A stretch of 64,000 bases of DNA from a virus (taxonomy: Duplodnaviria > Caudoviricetes). The translations under genes and the position numbers were made by a program. The notes beneath the pieces were generated by a model that saw only the letters and a list, made by a program, of their open reading frames with translations, was not told the DNA's origin and made no database searches. The stretch is taken from the IMG/VR virus record IMGVR_UViG_3300029288_000090, positions 1-64,000 of that record, one strand, 5' to 3'. Below are positions 18,680-29,254 of this stretch, in pieces; position 1 is the first letter of the stretch, and each line of letters begins with the position of its first letter.

Positions 18680-19990
18680 ATGAGACTTGAGTTTGAGATC
18701 ATAGTAGATCGTTCTCGAATGCTGGACTTGATGCAGTTGATACCCAAAAAGTATCATAATTCTGAAGTTCTTCAAGCATTAGTTAAAAGAGGATTGAATC
18801 ATCTTGTAGGATCATGGCTGACTAAAATAGATGATTTAATTTTACTTCAAGATCCAGATGTTGTAGGTCTTCAATACATTTATCAGTTAGGAAATCTTTT
18901 GGGAGTAGAATTTCCTTATGTCAGTGAAGATTTTGAAACAAGGGTTAGAAAAGAACTTCGAAATGTTATAGATTGGTATAAGGTAAAAGGTACGTATGAA
19001 TCTTTAAATATCATAGCTAATCTTCTTGGTGTAAAAGCTAATATCTACGACTTTTATACAAATGATTACGTTAACTTTTATGCATCAGAATGGTTTGTAG
19101 GAGAAGAAGGTGAGAATCCACCAGGATTTGATGATACATTTTACAAATCTCCACATTTTGGTTTTGAGGTTATCTTAAGAAACAAAATAGATAATGTAGG
19201 AGAAGGATCCTCTGAAGGGTGTGGACATCTTTGGTCCTTTGATAGTTTTAAGGATCTAATCAGGTATTTGAATCAAGTCAGACCTGTCAATACTGTTCCT
19301 CATTTTGTTCTTCTTTTAGATATAGATATGGACGAAACATCTACATATGATTGGCCTTCTGGTTGGTCTTTATTATGGGATGATTTGGTCTCTGGAAGTG
19401 TTGGAGGTCCTCCAGTTGTCATAGGAGATATAGTAGGACGAGTTTTAGTAGATCGTCCCATTTCACGAATACGATTTGATGAACATACCGTATCAGGGGG
19501 AAGGGAAATTCGTTTCGATCAAGATAATGGAGAAGGAGAACATTGGAGATGGGACTCTTATGATACAACTTTTATGTTATCTATAAATAGTTGGAAAATA
19601 GGAACAGGAAATAAGCACTGCACAATTTTAGACAAAGCTCAAGCCCTTCTCACGCCTGGATTTGATATAGAAACTCAGTATGCTTCAGGCGTTCAGGCTT
19701 CTTATGAAACAACAACCAATCCACTGACCGGGCGTCCAGAGTACATTTGGAAAGATGATGGAGGAGATGAGATCCTAGTCTTATCTGATCTGGATGATAG
19801 TTGGGAATTTGAAATAGTCCTTCCTTCAGAAACACAGATAGAAGGTCTTTCAGAAGCAGTTTTATATAGGGATGGAGAGCCAGTAGTTGCAGCTTTGTTT
19901 CCTGATATCGACAAGGATGGTTCTGGTATATATGATTGGTATTCTTTCACTGGCGTACAATTAAGAATTGTTTTTCGTTTGTATAAATAA
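18680..19990 (+). CDS. Baseplate wedge protein (gp7/P2 gpI-like N-terminus)
   Basis: L..LLG...R..L...WYKVKGT.ESL and VRPVNT motifs. Confidence 0.7.
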   Translation: MRLEFEIIVDRSRMLDLMQLIPKKYHNSEVLQALVKRGLNHLVGSWLTKIDDLILLQDPDVVGLQYIYQLGNLLGVEFPYVSEDFETRVRKELRNVIDWYKVKGTYESLNIIANLLGVKANIYDFYTNDYVNFYASEWFVGEEGENPPGFDDTFYKSPHFGFEVILRNKIDNVGEGSSEGCGHLWSFDSFKDLIRYLNQVRPVNTVPHFVLLLDIDMDETSTYDWPSGWSLLWDDLVSGSVGGPPVVIGDIVGRVLVDRPISRIRFDEHTVSGGREIRFDQDNGEGEHWRWDSYDTTFMLSINSWKIGTGNKHCTILDKAQALLTPGFDIETQYASGVQASYETTTNPLTGRPEYIWKDDGGDEILVLSDLDDSWEFEIVLPSETQIEGLSEAVLYRDGEPVVAALFPDIDKDGSGIYDWYSFTGVQLRIVFRLYK

Positions 19991-20002
19991 AGGTATTAAA
20001 CT

Positions 20003-21142
20003 ATGACTCCTGAACAACTACTCACAGCAGAATATTATGATTTTGTTGATAGTCCTACTATTAACAGACGATTTAAAAATGTCCGTCCAGTAGGGATATA
20101 TGACGGAGGGTATATAGCCCAAGAATCAGCTACAAGCATCCGTGTAAAAACAATGACTGCTGAAATTTCTTCCATTTACTTAAGTACAGTTCATCAGATT
20201 CAAGTAGAAATAACAGCAGACGCTTTAGTTACCTCGTTGGTTTCTACACAAAAGTACGTGGTTCTTCGCTGGCAGTACACCCCTGTTTCTGGATCTAATG
20301 ATGTAACTATAGAAGTAGTAGCTCTTGGTGATATACAGACATACGATGTTATTATAGGAATTTTATCTTGGAGTGGTGCATCTATTTCTGGTATATCCTA
20401 TTATGATAGTGTAAATGATGTTAGACGGACAACTCCGGAAACTCCTGAACAACTTCTTAAAGTAGTTCCACATCCCAGTGGAGGTAGAAATGTAGTTGTT
20501 AAGTACGGTAGAGCAATGATAGGAGGAACATTGTATACTATTTCTGACACGGAAGTAGTTTGTAGTGCAAGTGCTGGTTTTATCTATCTATCTTCTGCTG
20601 GAACTCCTATATTTGAAGCTGGAACTTCTTATACTAATAAGCTTCTTTTAGCATTAGTTAATGATGATGGAGTTATAGTAAAAAGTTCTATTACAGATAA
20701 AAGAGGATTTCTAACAGCTCCTTCTTCTGCTGCAAATTATAATTATGCAACCAGTGTAACGGCTTTTACAATTACGAAGGATGCTTCGACAGGTCCAGAT
20801 GGACAAGGTTCATTTTATGATATTCCGGGTATGAGTATTTCTATTACGACAACAGGGAATCCAGTTCTAATTATGTTTAATGCCTCTCTTGGCTTTAGTT
20901 CAGGAAATAATGATAATTATGTACGATTGTTAGTAGATACAACTTTAGTTGCCAAGAAGGTTATAACATCTGGAGATAATGAGCATCAAGGCGAAGCCAG
21001 TATGATGGCTGTTGCTGTTGTTTCTGCTGGAGCTCATACAATCAAAGCTCAAGTTTGGCCAAAAGATTGTGATGTAAAAAATATTGGTCAAAGTGACGAT
21101 GATTATCAAAATAGAAGAAATATAGCAGTTGTTGAGTTATAA
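20003..21142 (+). CDS. Tail fibre/receptor-binding protein
   Basis: ITDKR junction followed by C-terminal beta-sandwich (DIPGMSISITT...AGAHTIKAQ). Confidence 0.6.
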   Translation: MTPEQLLTAEYYDFVDSPTINRRFKNVRPVGIYDGGYIAQESATSIRVKTMTAEISSIYLSTVHQIQVEITADALVTSLVSTQKYVVLRWQYTPVSGSNDVTIEVVALGDIQTYDVIIGILSWSGASISGISYYDSVNDVRRTTPETPEQLLKVVPHPSGGRNVVVKYGRAMIGGTLYTISDTEVVCSASAGFIYLSSAGTPIFEAGTSYTNKLLLALVNDDGVIVKSSITDKRGFLTAPSSAANYNYATSVTAFTITKDASTGPDGQGSFYDIPGMSISITTTGNPVLIMFNASLGFSSGNNDNYVRLLVDTTLVAKKVITSGDNEHQGEASMMAVAVVSAGAHTIKAQVWPKDCDVKNIGQSDDDYQNRRNIAVVEL

Positions 21143-21145
21143 TAG

Positions 21146-22306
21146 ATGGCTAAGAGAATTGAATTAGTAGATGAAGAGCAGATAGTTCTTCCAACGGTTC
21201 ATACTTTGGAAACTGAACTAAGCCTTTCAGATGAAGTTCTTCAGATTTATACAGATATTATGTATATAGGTCCTTATCCTTCTCTTAGATATATGTTAGA
21301 TTATGATGGAGTTATAACGGAATCTTGGCCTACTGTATTAGCACAAAGTAGTTCAGTTATAAGAGATGTTCTTGGATCTTTTATAGGATTTGGAGGTCAA
21401 CTAACCTACAAATTTAAATCAAACGGTGTTTTGGATACATCTTTTGGAACAAATGGGCACATAGAAGAAGTAGCAGGAGGATATACTGGAATAGTAACTG
21501 ATACAGAGAGAAATATTTACACTGAATATACGAATGACGGATATGTTAGAAAATTTAATAAAAGTGGAGTGGAGCTTTGGCAATCTGACATAGATGTTAC
21601 AGGGTATGTAGACTGTCCATTAGACCTTTCTGATGATTATGTTGTCGCCGGAACTTTTACGGGATATGGAGATTTAGATATAGTTTGGCTTTTTGATAGA
21701 GATGATGGTCATTTTGTCAGTAGTATTATAGAATTGCCAAGATATACTAGATGTAATTTTGTTGATTATGACGAACGGAAAGACAGAATCTACTTAGGTT
21801 TATACATAAGTGGAACTATAACCTCTTCTGTTTCTATTCGGTCTTTTAGGGTTTATGAAAAAAGTACCGAAACGCAATTGTATACAACTACGTTGACTGC
21901 TGGATACGTTCGATCTATATATCGATTGGGAGATTATTATTATTGCTATGCATATCAGGCAGGATTAGATACGAAAGCAACTTTTCAAGGGTACACTGGT
22001 CATATTTTTAAAGTCAAAATCAATTTGGACTCATTAGAAGTTGTTGCATCTTACACATTACCCACAGGATATTTTCCTACAACGGCCCGATATACTTTAG
22101 CTGCAGATCAATATGGAAGGGTTTGGTGTGTATGCTACTATAAACCAGGAGATGCTATTCTTTATTATAAATTGTTCGTTTTAGATATGGACTTAGATCT
22201 TTTGTACATTCCTTCGGTTCAGATGGCAAATTTAGGAGGAGTTGCATGCATTCCGTTTGTAAGAAATTATGATGTAGGTTTATTGCCCTCTGGTTATCCA
22301 GTATAG
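21146..22306 (+). CDS. Beta-propeller protein, probably virion-associated
   Basis: NGVLDTSFGTNG, KFNKSGVELW, ADQYGRVW blade-like repeats; Tyr-rich. Confidence 0.55.
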   Translation: MAKRIELVDEEQIVLPTVHTLETELSLSDEVLQIYTDIMYIGPYPSLRYMLDYDGVITESWPTVLAQSSSVIRDVLGSFIGFGGQLTYKFKSNGVLDTSFGTNGHIEEVAGGYTGIVTDTERNIYTEYTNDGYVRKFNKSGVELWQSDIDVTGYVDCPLDLSDDYVVAGTFTGYGDLDIVWLFDRDDGHFVSSIIELPRYTRCNFVDYDERKDRIYLGLYISGTITSSVSIRSFRVYEKSTETQLYTTTLTAGYVRSIYRLGDYYYCYAYQAGLDTKATFQGYTGHIFKVKINLDSLEVVASYTLPTGYFPTTARYTLAADQYGRVWCVCYYKPGDAILYYKLFVLDMDLDLLYIPSVQMANLGGVACIPFVRNYDVGLLPSGYPV

Positions 22307-22329
22307 TATAACGAAAGGAGTACTCATCA

Positions 22330-22971
22330 GTGGTGGATAGAGATACTGTATTTGTTGTTGGTGGAGGCCCTTCCTTATCCTCCTTTAATTTATCTAAACT
22401 TTCTAACTATCATACCATTTGTATTAACCAATCTGTTTTCGACATTCCAAATCCGGATTATCTAATAACTTGTGATTACACTTTTCTTATCAAATTAGGA
22501 AAGGAACGTCTTTCTACTTTATCTTGTACACGTGTTTTTGTTGCTAATTTTATAGGAGAGGCTCTAAAAGAAACGGGAGGAAAGATTATAGATCCACATT
22601 GTAATCTTTTTTATGATTTGTCCTCTTTTGATACGATTATAAAGGCACGAAATAGATCAGGAATAGGAGGAACGTTCAGAGATTTTCGATCAGGGGGCAA
22701 TAGTGGCTACTGTGGGTTTCAATTAGCTGTTCTTCTTGGCTATAAAAAGATAGTTTTTGTTGGAATAGATCTGACAATTGTTGGGCGAAAGACTCATTAT
22801 CATTCAGTATATACAACGGAACTAACTCTGTTTAAAAGAAGGTTGGATACTTACTATGCTGAATTTAAGCATGGGATAGATCAGGTAAAAAGAGACTTCC
22901 CTAATATCAAGATGAGCACAGGAACTCCTGGAAGATTACAAGAGTTACTTCCTCTAGAAAGCCCTATATAA
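22330..22971 (+). CDS. Maf/MptE-like (DUF115-type) glycosyltransferase-fold protein
   Basis: VVGGGPSL, ICIN, NSG...QLAVLLGYKKIVFVGID, THYH. Confidence 0.7.
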   Translation: MVDRDTVFVVGGGPSLSSFNLSKLSNYHTICINQSVFDIPNPDYLITCDYTFLIKLGKERLSTLSCTRVFVANFIGEALKETGGKIIDPHCNLFYDLSSFDTIIKARNRSGIGGTFRDFRSGGNSGYCGFQLAVLLGYKKIVFVGIDLTIVGRKTHYHSVYTTELTLFKRRLDTYYAEFKHGIDQVKRDFPNIKMSTGTPGRLQELLPLESPI

Positions 22972-23029
22972 TACTCGAAAAACACTCTACGTGTCACTGC
23001 AGTGATTTTTAAAGGATAGATTAGAGACT

Positions 23030-23725
23030 TTGATTAAGAAAGATTTAAAACACGTGAAGACGCTTACAGTGATTATTCCAACAAGGGGCCGATTACAGAA
23101 GTTAAAGGAAACGTTAGCTTCAATTCCTACTCTTCCTTACGTTAAAATTTCTGTAATCTGTGATGATGATGCAATAACTAAATATGAATTGGAGAAAATG
23201 AAAAGATCCGATATGTCTGTTCATTGTTCTGGAAAACATAAAGGATCAGTCTGGTGCAGAAATCTTTTAATAGGAAATGAGGAGGATGGAGTTTTGTATG
23301 CAACAGATGATATTATATTTCTTCCTAATTCTATTCAGACAGCTTTTGAAACTTTTAATAGAACTTTTTTAGATGATGATGGAATAGTAGGGTTCCTACA
23401 ACGTCCAGGAACTTTTGATCCTACTGGAGTAGGTTTGGTGGGACAAACGTTTCTAAAACGATTTCCCAATAAAGTTCTGTTTTTTCCTAAATACTACCAT
23501 TTTGCGTCTCAGGAAATAGGAAGATTATGTGAAAGGATTAAAATAGAGGCAAGAAAAGTTGTCTTTGTTCAACATCCTTCCGTGGTTGTTGAACATAAAC
23601 ATCCTGGAATGTTCAAAGAACTTATAGATCAAACACATAGAGATGCAAGGGTATATAAGAATGTAGATCAAAGTTTATCAAAACAAAGAAAACAACAAAA
23701 TCTTGTATGGGGACGAATAGTTTAA
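23030..23725 (+). CDS. GT-A (GT2-like) glycosyltransferase
   Basis: VIIPTRGR...ATDDIIF...VEHKHP. Confidence 0.75.
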   Translation: MIKKDLKHVKTLTVIIPTRGRLQKLKETLASIPTLPYVKISVICDDDAITKYELEKMKRSDMSVHCSGKHKGSVWCRNLLIGNEEDGVLYATDDIIFLPNSIQTAFETFNRTFLDDDGIVGFLQRPGTFDPTGVGLVGQTFLKRFPNKVLFFPKYYHFASQEIGRLCERIKIEARKVVFVQHPSVVVEHKHPGMFKELIDQTHRDARVYKNVDQSLSKQRKQQNLVWGRIV

Positions 23726-23735
23726 GGAGAAACTT

Positions 23736-24719
23736 ATGCACTGTTTGATTACAGGAATTACAGGATTCGTTGGGAGTCATTTGTGTGATTATCTGCTGAC
23801 TCAAGGTGTTCAGATTTATGGATTGTGTAGATGGAGATCTCCTTTGGACAATGTAAGACACTGTCTTGGGAGTTTTACATCTGTTTATGGGGACCTCCTT
23901 GACTTAAGTTCTATGATAGAAGCTATAGATACTATTCGTCCTGATTTTATATTTCATCTGGCAGCTCAATCTTATGTTCCTTACAGTTTTGTAGCTCCAG
24001 GAATAACCGTTCAAACAAACTGTTTGGGAACAACGAATCTATTAGAAGCAATAAGACTTGTCCGTAATAAATGTCTTACATATGATCCTGTTGTTCATAT
24101 TTGCTCCTCTTCGGAAGTATACGGACAAGTTCTTCCAGAGGAAGTTCCAATTGTTGAAACAACACCTTTTCGTCCAGCATCTCCATATGCTGTATCAAAA
24201 GTCTGTGAAGATATGTTGGGTGCACAATATTTTCTCTCTTATGGAATTAAAACAATTCGAACTCGTATGTTTACACATACAGGACCAAGGAGAGGAGATG
24301 TTTTTGTTGAATCAACGTTTGCCAAACAAATTGTTGAAGCAGAATTGAACCTTAGGCGTCCAATTGTTTATGTTGGTAATTTAGATAGTATAAGAACTTT
24401 TGCCGATGTCAGGGATACGGTCAGAGCCTACTGGATGTTAGTCAACACTTGCGTTCCAGGAGAAGTATATAATATAGGAGGAGATTTTACAGAATCTGTT
24501 GGGGATATGTTAAATCGATTGATAAAGTTATCTAATTTGGATGATATAGAAATTCAAGTAGATCAATCCCGTTTACGTCCATCAGATGTAACATTACAAA
24601 TTCCGTCCTCAAATAAGTTCAAAGAAGCTACAGGGTGGAAGCCAGAAATCACTTTTGAACAGACGTTATTAGACTTGCTACACTATTGGAGAGATTGGTA
24701 TGATCGAAATAATGGTTAA
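23736..24719 (+). CDS. gmd: GDP-mannose 4,6-dehydratase
   Basis: ITGITGFVGSHL, HLAAQSYV, SSSEVYG, SPYAVSK, VGNLDSIR, RLRPSDV. Confidence 0.85.
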   Translation: MHCLITGITGFVGSHLCDYLLTQGVQIYGLCRWRSPLDNVRHCLGSFTSVYGDLLDLSSMIEAIDTIRPDFIFHLAAQSYVPYSFVAPGITVQTNCLGTTNLLEAIRLVRNKCLTYDPVVHICSSSEVYGQVLPEEVPIVETTPFRPASPYAVSKVCEDMLGAQYFLSYGIKTIRTRMFTHTGPRRGDVFVESTFAKQIVEAELNLRRPIVYVGNLDSIRTFADVRDTVRAYWMLVNTCVPGEVYNIGGDFTESVGDMLNRLIKLSNLDDIEIQVDQSRLRPSDVTLQIPSSNKFKEATGWKPEITFEQTLLDLLHYWRDWYDRNNG

Positions 24720-25671
24720 ACTGTTTCGGAAAATGTACTTAATCCGTTCTGCTGAAATAGCTATCCGGCAGGAGTATCAGAAAGACGAGATGAAAACTCC
24801 TATGCATATGTCTATGGGAAGTGAGGCTATTTCTGCAGGATTATGTGAGGCACTCGGAAAAAGAGCAGCTGTATTTGGAACTTACCGATCCCATGCTCTA
24901 TACTTGGCAAGAACAGAAGATGTAGATGGATTCTTTGCAGAAATGTATGGGAAAGAAACTGGACCTTCACAAGGAAAAGCAGGGTCTATGCATCTTTGCA
25001 ATCCAAGATTAGGGTTTATGGGAAGTTCAGCAATTGTTGGTGGGATTCTTCCTATAGCTGTTGGATATGCATTTTCTAATCAGTACTTGTCTAGATCTTC
25101 CCCCACAGCAGTTTTATTTGGAGACGGAGCAACAAATGAAGGTACGTTCTGGGAAAGTATTAATCTAGCTTGTGTGAAGAAAGTTCCTATTATATTTGTT
25201 TGTGAAGATAATGGTTTAGCTGTTCATACTAAAAAAGAAACTAGAAACGGATTTACAAATCTTACAGATATTATTACGTTTTTCAAATGTATGTCTTATA
25301 AATATGAGGGAACTAATGTAGAAGTTATATACAACATATTTGAAGAATGTGTTAAGAATCTCCATTTAGGGCCTTGTTTCGTTCATCTTAAGTATTATCG
25401 ATATCTACAACACGTTGGAGTAAACACAGATTTTGATAAGGGATATAGAAACGAATCTGAATTTCACTGCTGGCATAGTATAGATCCGATAAAAATGTGT
25501 GAGAAGCAACTTCTTAACGGTTGTATCTCTACTGAAACAATAGAAGGTATAAAAGAAGAGATAGATCAAAGAGTTAAGGCTGGTATAGAATTTGCTAAGA
25601 ATTCTGATTTTGCTCCAACCCTTTCTATTATAAAAGGTGTATACTATGATGCGTACAATAACGTACTGTGA
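24700..25671 (+). CDS. ThDP-dependent dehydrogenase E1 alpha-like subunit
   Basis: H.S.G.EA, YRSH, GKAGSMH, GDGATNEG...EDN ThDP motif, YRY..HVG. Confidence 0.9.
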   Translation: MIEIMVKLFRKMYLIRSAEIAIRQEYQKDEMKTPMHMSMGSEAISAGLCEALGKRAAVFGTYRSHALYLARTEDVDGFFAEMYGKETGPSQGKAGSMHLCNPRLGFMGSSAIVGGILPIAVGYAFSNQYLSRSSPTAVLFGDGATNEGTFWESINLACVKKVPIIFVCEDNGLAVHTKKETRNGFTNLTDIITFFKCMSYKYEGTNVEVIYNIFEECVKNLHLGPCFVHLKYYRYLQHVGVNTDFDKGYRNESEFHCWHSIDPIKMCEKQLLNGCISTETIEGIKEEIDQRVKAGIEFAKNSDFAPTLSIIKGVYYDAYNNVL

Positions 25672-26692
25672 GGCACTTAAGGAGGCAACTGCTTATATTC
25701 TTGAGAAGCATTCTAACGCTTTTTTGTATGGAATAGGTGTTCCAGATCATACAGAGATTTTTGGTTCCGTTAAAGGAATTTATGAACAGTACGGAGACAG
25801 GAGATGCTTTGATGTTCCTTTGTGTGAGGACACATTGGCAGGATTTGGTTTGGGAGCAGCTCTTGGAGGTCTTACACCTATATTCATAAATATACGTGTG
25901 GATTTTTTACTATTGGCATTAAATCAATTGGCTAATATGATTAGTAGTTATCAATATATGATGAACGGATCTTATCCTCTTCCGTTTGTTATTAGAGCAG
26001 TCATAGGACGTGGATGGGGACAAGGATGTCAGCATAGTAAAAGTTGTCAGTCAATATTTGCTCATATACCTGGACTAAAAGTAGTAATGCCAACTACTCC
26101 TTCTGATGCAAAAGGTTTACTTATTTCTGCATGTGAAGATATGAATCCTGTTGTTTTTATAGAACATCGTTGGTTATATTGGCAAGAAGAAGAAGTTCAA
26201 GAAGGTCCTTTTAGAAGTACTATTGGAGAAGGACGTGTGTTACGAAAAGGGAAGGACGTTACAATTGTTGCAACTTCATGGATGAATGTTGAAACGTTAA
26301 AAGCTGCAGATATCTTACGAAGGAAGGCAGGAGTTGACGTTGAGATAGTTGATCCTAGAACTATTTATCCATTAGATGAGCAAATTATTTACGAATCTGT
26401 TAATAAAACTCATAATTGTATTGTTGCTGATAATGATTGGACGTTCTGTGGATTTTCTTCTGAAGTTGCAGCTTTGGTATCTGATAATTGTTTTCCTAGT
26501 TTAGAAAACCCTGTTAAAAGAGTAGGATTTAAGCATACTCCTTGCCCAACTGCGAGACATTTGGAAAATGAATTTTATCCTAATTCTATTGAAATTATTC
26601 AATGTGTACAGGAACTTTTGGATTTAGGCTCAATAGATTTATTGGATGAAGAATTTTATTCTAATGAAAACCGTTTTAAAGGACCTTTTTAA
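25637..26692 (+). CDS. ThDP-dependent dehydrogenase E1 beta-like subunit
   Basis: DVPLCE, GQGCQHS, PGLKVVMP.TP.DAKGLL, PVVFIEH, GKDVTIVA, D.RTI.PLD. Confidence 0.9.
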   Translation: MYTMMRTITYCEALKEATAYILEKHSNAFLYGIGVPDHTEIFGSVKGIYEQYGDRRCFDVPLCEDTLAGFGLGAALGGLTPIFINIRVDFLLLALNQLANMISSYQYMMNGSYPLPFVIRAVIGRGWGQGCQHSKSCQSIFAHIPGLKVVMPTTPSDAKGLLISACEDMNPVVFIEHRWLYWQEEEVQEGPFRSTIGEGRVLRKGKDVTIVATSWMNVETLKAADILRRKAGVDVEIVDPRTIYPLDEQIIYESVNKTHNCIVADNDWTFCGFSSEVAALVSDNCFPSLENPVKRVGFKHTPCPTARHLENEFYPNSIEIIQCVQELLDLGSIDLLDEEFYSNENRFKGPF

Positions 26693-27066
26693 TGGAAACT
26701 GTAAGAAAAGTATGGGGAGAAGAATATATTATTGTTAATAAAGAGTATTGTGGCAAGATTTTGACACTAAAACAACAGCATAGATGTAGTATACATCACC
26801 ATAAAAATAAGAACGAAACTTTTTTGGTTCTAGAAGGACTTGTTCTTATTGAAAAAAATGGAGAATTGTTTGTCCTTCATCCCTTCCAATCTATAGATAT
26901 TTTGGCAGGGGAAAATCATAGATTTACTGGACTTACAGGAAGCAGAATGATAGAGTTTTCTTCCCATCATGAAGATGACGATAGCTATAGAACATCTTCT
27001 AGTGAGAGAGTTCCTGATTGTGATTTTCATCCTCTTTATAGTAAATATGTGAAAGGTGGAGACTAA
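26692..27066 (+). CDS. Cupin (sugar isomerase-like) protein
   Basis: KVWGEE, CSIHHHKNKNETF, HRF, EFS..H..DDSYR. Confidence 0.75.
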   Translation: METVRKVWGEEYIIVNKEYCGKILTLKQQHRCSIHHHKNKNETFLVLEGLVLIEKNGELFVLHPFQSIDILAGENHRFTGLTGSRMIEFSSHHEDDDSYRTSSSERVPDCDFHPLYSKYVKGGD

Positions 27067-27812
27067 TGTGTTGGCATGATAGAATTGCAGCAGATACAAT
27101 CCTTCAACTGGCTTATGATTTTCATATTGGTACGTTTTTAGAGACAGGAACGTTTAAAGGTGTTAATGCAAAATTCCAATCAAAACGATTTAAACAAGTT
27201 ATTAGTTGTGAGATCAATCCTGAATATTTCAAGATGGCTAAACAAAGAGTCAGTAACTGCCCCAATGTTTATCTTTTTAATATGAGTAGTCCAGAATTTC
27301 TTAAGCTATTTGTTGATCTTTACGAAGCTACTGAAAGAAAAGATTACTTGTTTATTTATCTGGATGCACATTTTTACGATCCAACTTTAGATCCTAAGGA
27401 TCGTTGGGTAGTTTTGAAAGAGTTAGAAGAGTTGGAAGGATTTGAGAATTGTATCATTTGCATTCATGATTTTGATTGTTCGGGGCTTGGGCATTTAACA
27501 TATGATGGAATTCCTTTAGATTTCAATCTAATAGCAGATAGGATTCAGAGAGTTAATCCTGGATTTTATTATTATTGCAATACAAAACAATTTAGTGAAA
27601 TCCATACTGAGCAATCTATTATTGGGATACCAGGTATGAAGAGAGATGAGGATACTTTAAACAATATAGAATTTACACATTCTACAGAAGCAAGAAAATA
27701 TAGGGGGATGATTTACTGTACACCTCAAAAATTGAATTTGTCAAGATATCGTTTAGTCCGTTTTGAACATCCAAGAATTTCCTATCCTCCCGTGGAGTCG
27801 GTATTGTTATGA
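27066..27812 (+). CDS. Class I SAM-dependent methyltransferase-like protein
   Basis: FLETGTFKG, SCEIN, S.EFL, YLDAH, IHD motifs. Confidence 0.7.
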   Translation: MCWHDRIAADTILQLAYDFHIGTFLETGTFKGVNAKFQSKRFKQVISCEINPEYFKMAKQRVSNCPNVYLFNMSSPEFLKLFVDLYEATERKDYLFIYLDAHFYDPTLDPKDRWVVLKELEELEGFENCIICIHDFDCSGLGHLTYDGIPLDFNLIADRIQRVNPGFYYYCNTKQFSEIHTEQSIIGIPGMKRDEDTLNNIEFTHSTEARKYRGMIYCTPQKLNLSRYRLVRFEHPRISYPPVESVLL

Positions 27813-28525
27813 GTATCCCAAAAGTAAGTATTATCGCAACAGCTATCCATACGGAATTCTGGCAAAAGCTCTATGCAGATCTTTCCAGAGATAATCCTAT
27901 TCCCTTTGAGATAGTTTTTGTAGGGAGTAAAAAGCCAGATTTTGCTCTGCCTCCTAATTTCATTTATATCTATTCTGATGCCAAGCCAGTTCAGTGCTTA
28001 GAAACAGCAGCTAGGAATGCCCACGGTGAGTATTGCATGATTACGGCAGATGATGTAGAAGTCCCGCCGAGAATGCTTTATGATATGAACTACTTTTTAA
28101 TTCGAATGTTCAGTGATAAAGCCATTGTCTCGGCGAGATTTGCGGATTCTGCAAATGGGCCTCCTAATGATAAACTTCTTGTTTTGGATACCAGAAATCC
28201 AAGATCTCCCGTCTTGGGAGTTAATACGATGATTAAAAGGAGTGTATGGAAGGAGATAGGAGGATTGGACAAACGTTTCTTTGCCTTCAAAGCAGATTTA
28301 GATCTTCAAATGAGAATATATGCTTCTGGAGGATATTTATTTTTAGTTCCAGATAGTATAGCCAGGGAGAAGCCACGTCCAGGACCAAGATTGGTAGACA
28401 CATTTTCAGCACATGATAGTAAGATTTTGTATGATCTTTGGGTACTTCCTAATGGAGAAACCAGTAAAACTCGAATGGGAGAACTTCATCCTTTTGAAGA
28501 TAATGAGATTCCAATAGTGAGATAA
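27809..28525 (+). CDS. GT-A glycosyltransferase, paralog 1 of 7
   Basis: VSII..AI, FEIVFVG, KP.QC.E.A.R...GEY, ADD, GGLDKRF...D.DL..R. Confidence 0.75.
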   Translation: MSIPKVSIIATAIHTEFWQKLYADLSRDNPIPFEIVFVGSKKPDFALPPNFIYIYSDAKPVQCLETAARNAHGEYCMITADDVEVPPRMLYDMNYFLIRMFSDKAIVSARFADSANGPPNDKLLVLDTRNPRSPVLGVNTMIKRSVWKEIGGLDKRFFAFKADLDLQMRIYASGGYLFLVPDSIAREKPRPGPRLVDTFSAHDSKILYDLWVLPNGETSKTRMGELHPFEDNEIPIVR

Positions 28526-28527
28526 TT

Positions 28528-29250
28528 ATGACAACTCCTTATATTAGTATTATTAGTTCAGCTATTCATACGCAATTTTGGATGGAGATTTATAATCAGT
28601 TTAATTGTTCACTAAATAAAGTTCCGTTTGAACTTGTGTTTGTCGGAAATAAAACTCCTAATTTTCAACTCCCTCCTAATTTTATTTTTATTTATAGTGA
28701 TGCAAAACCAGCCAAATGTTTTGAGATTGCTGCTAGAAATGCTCATGGAGAATATATGATGTTCTTTCAGGACGATCTTATAATTCCTGATAGAGCCTTG
28801 AATTGGATTTGTGCATATATTCCAAGACTTCCAGAACAAAAGAAGTTAGTTCTTACACCACGATTTAGTGATACTCCTAATGGAGAACCAAGAGATAATT
28901 TGTTAAGTTTCTATCCTCCTTATATAGGATCTCCAGTTATAGGAGTGGGAACTATTTTTCATAGACAACTATGGTATGAATTAGGGGGGATAGATAGACG
29001 ATTTAATCTTCTTTTTTCTGACTATGATATGATGTTAAGAATTTATGAGCAGGGAGGAATTCCTTTTATAGTTCCAGAATGTGTGTTGAAAGAACGTTCT
29101 CATGAAGGAAGGAATAGATTGATTAACAACTATAAACCTGATAGAGAACTTTTATATTCATTATGGCTTCTTCCTGATAAAACAGTAAGTAAGAAAAGAC
29201 TGCAATCGTTGCAACCTTATACAAAAGAAGAGATTGTTATAGTGAGATAA
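28528..29250 (+). CDS. GT-A glycosyltransferase, paralog 2 of 7
   Basis: Same motif set, QDD, GGIDRRF; shares LPPNFI.IYSDAKP with paralog 1. Confidence 0.75.
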   Translation: MTTPYISIISSAIHTQFWMEIYNQFNCSLNKVPFELVFVGNKTPNFQLPPNFIFIYSDAKPAKCFEIAARNAHGEYMMFFQDDLIIPDRALNWICAYIPRLPEQKKLVLTPRFSDTPNGEPRDNLLSFYPPYIGSPVIGVGTIFHRQLWYELGGIDRRFNLLFSDYDMMLRIYEQGGIPFIVPECVLKERSHEGRNRLINNYKPDRELLYSLWLLPDKTVSKKRLQSLQPYTKEEIVIVR

Positions 29251-29254
29251 GATT

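Noticed and set aside
19982-19989. T4 late promoter TATAAATA before the tail fibre gene
   Set aside because: The octamer also occurs inside genes in this AT-rich DNA and is absent before sheath and tube genes; not supportable as a promoter class.
7419-19990. Extracellular contractile injection system or T6SS interpretation of sheath/tube/spike/PAAR genes
   Set aside because: Primase, helicase, sigma factor, DenV-like gene, neck-like gene and many small early ORFs indicate a phage genome; no Afp15-type ATPase or T6SS membrane complex is seen.
24700-26692. Pyruvate dehydrogenase as a central-carbon auxiliary metabolic gene
   Set aside because: No E2/E3 in the window and tight coupling to gmd inside a sugar cluster favour a sugar-branching role.
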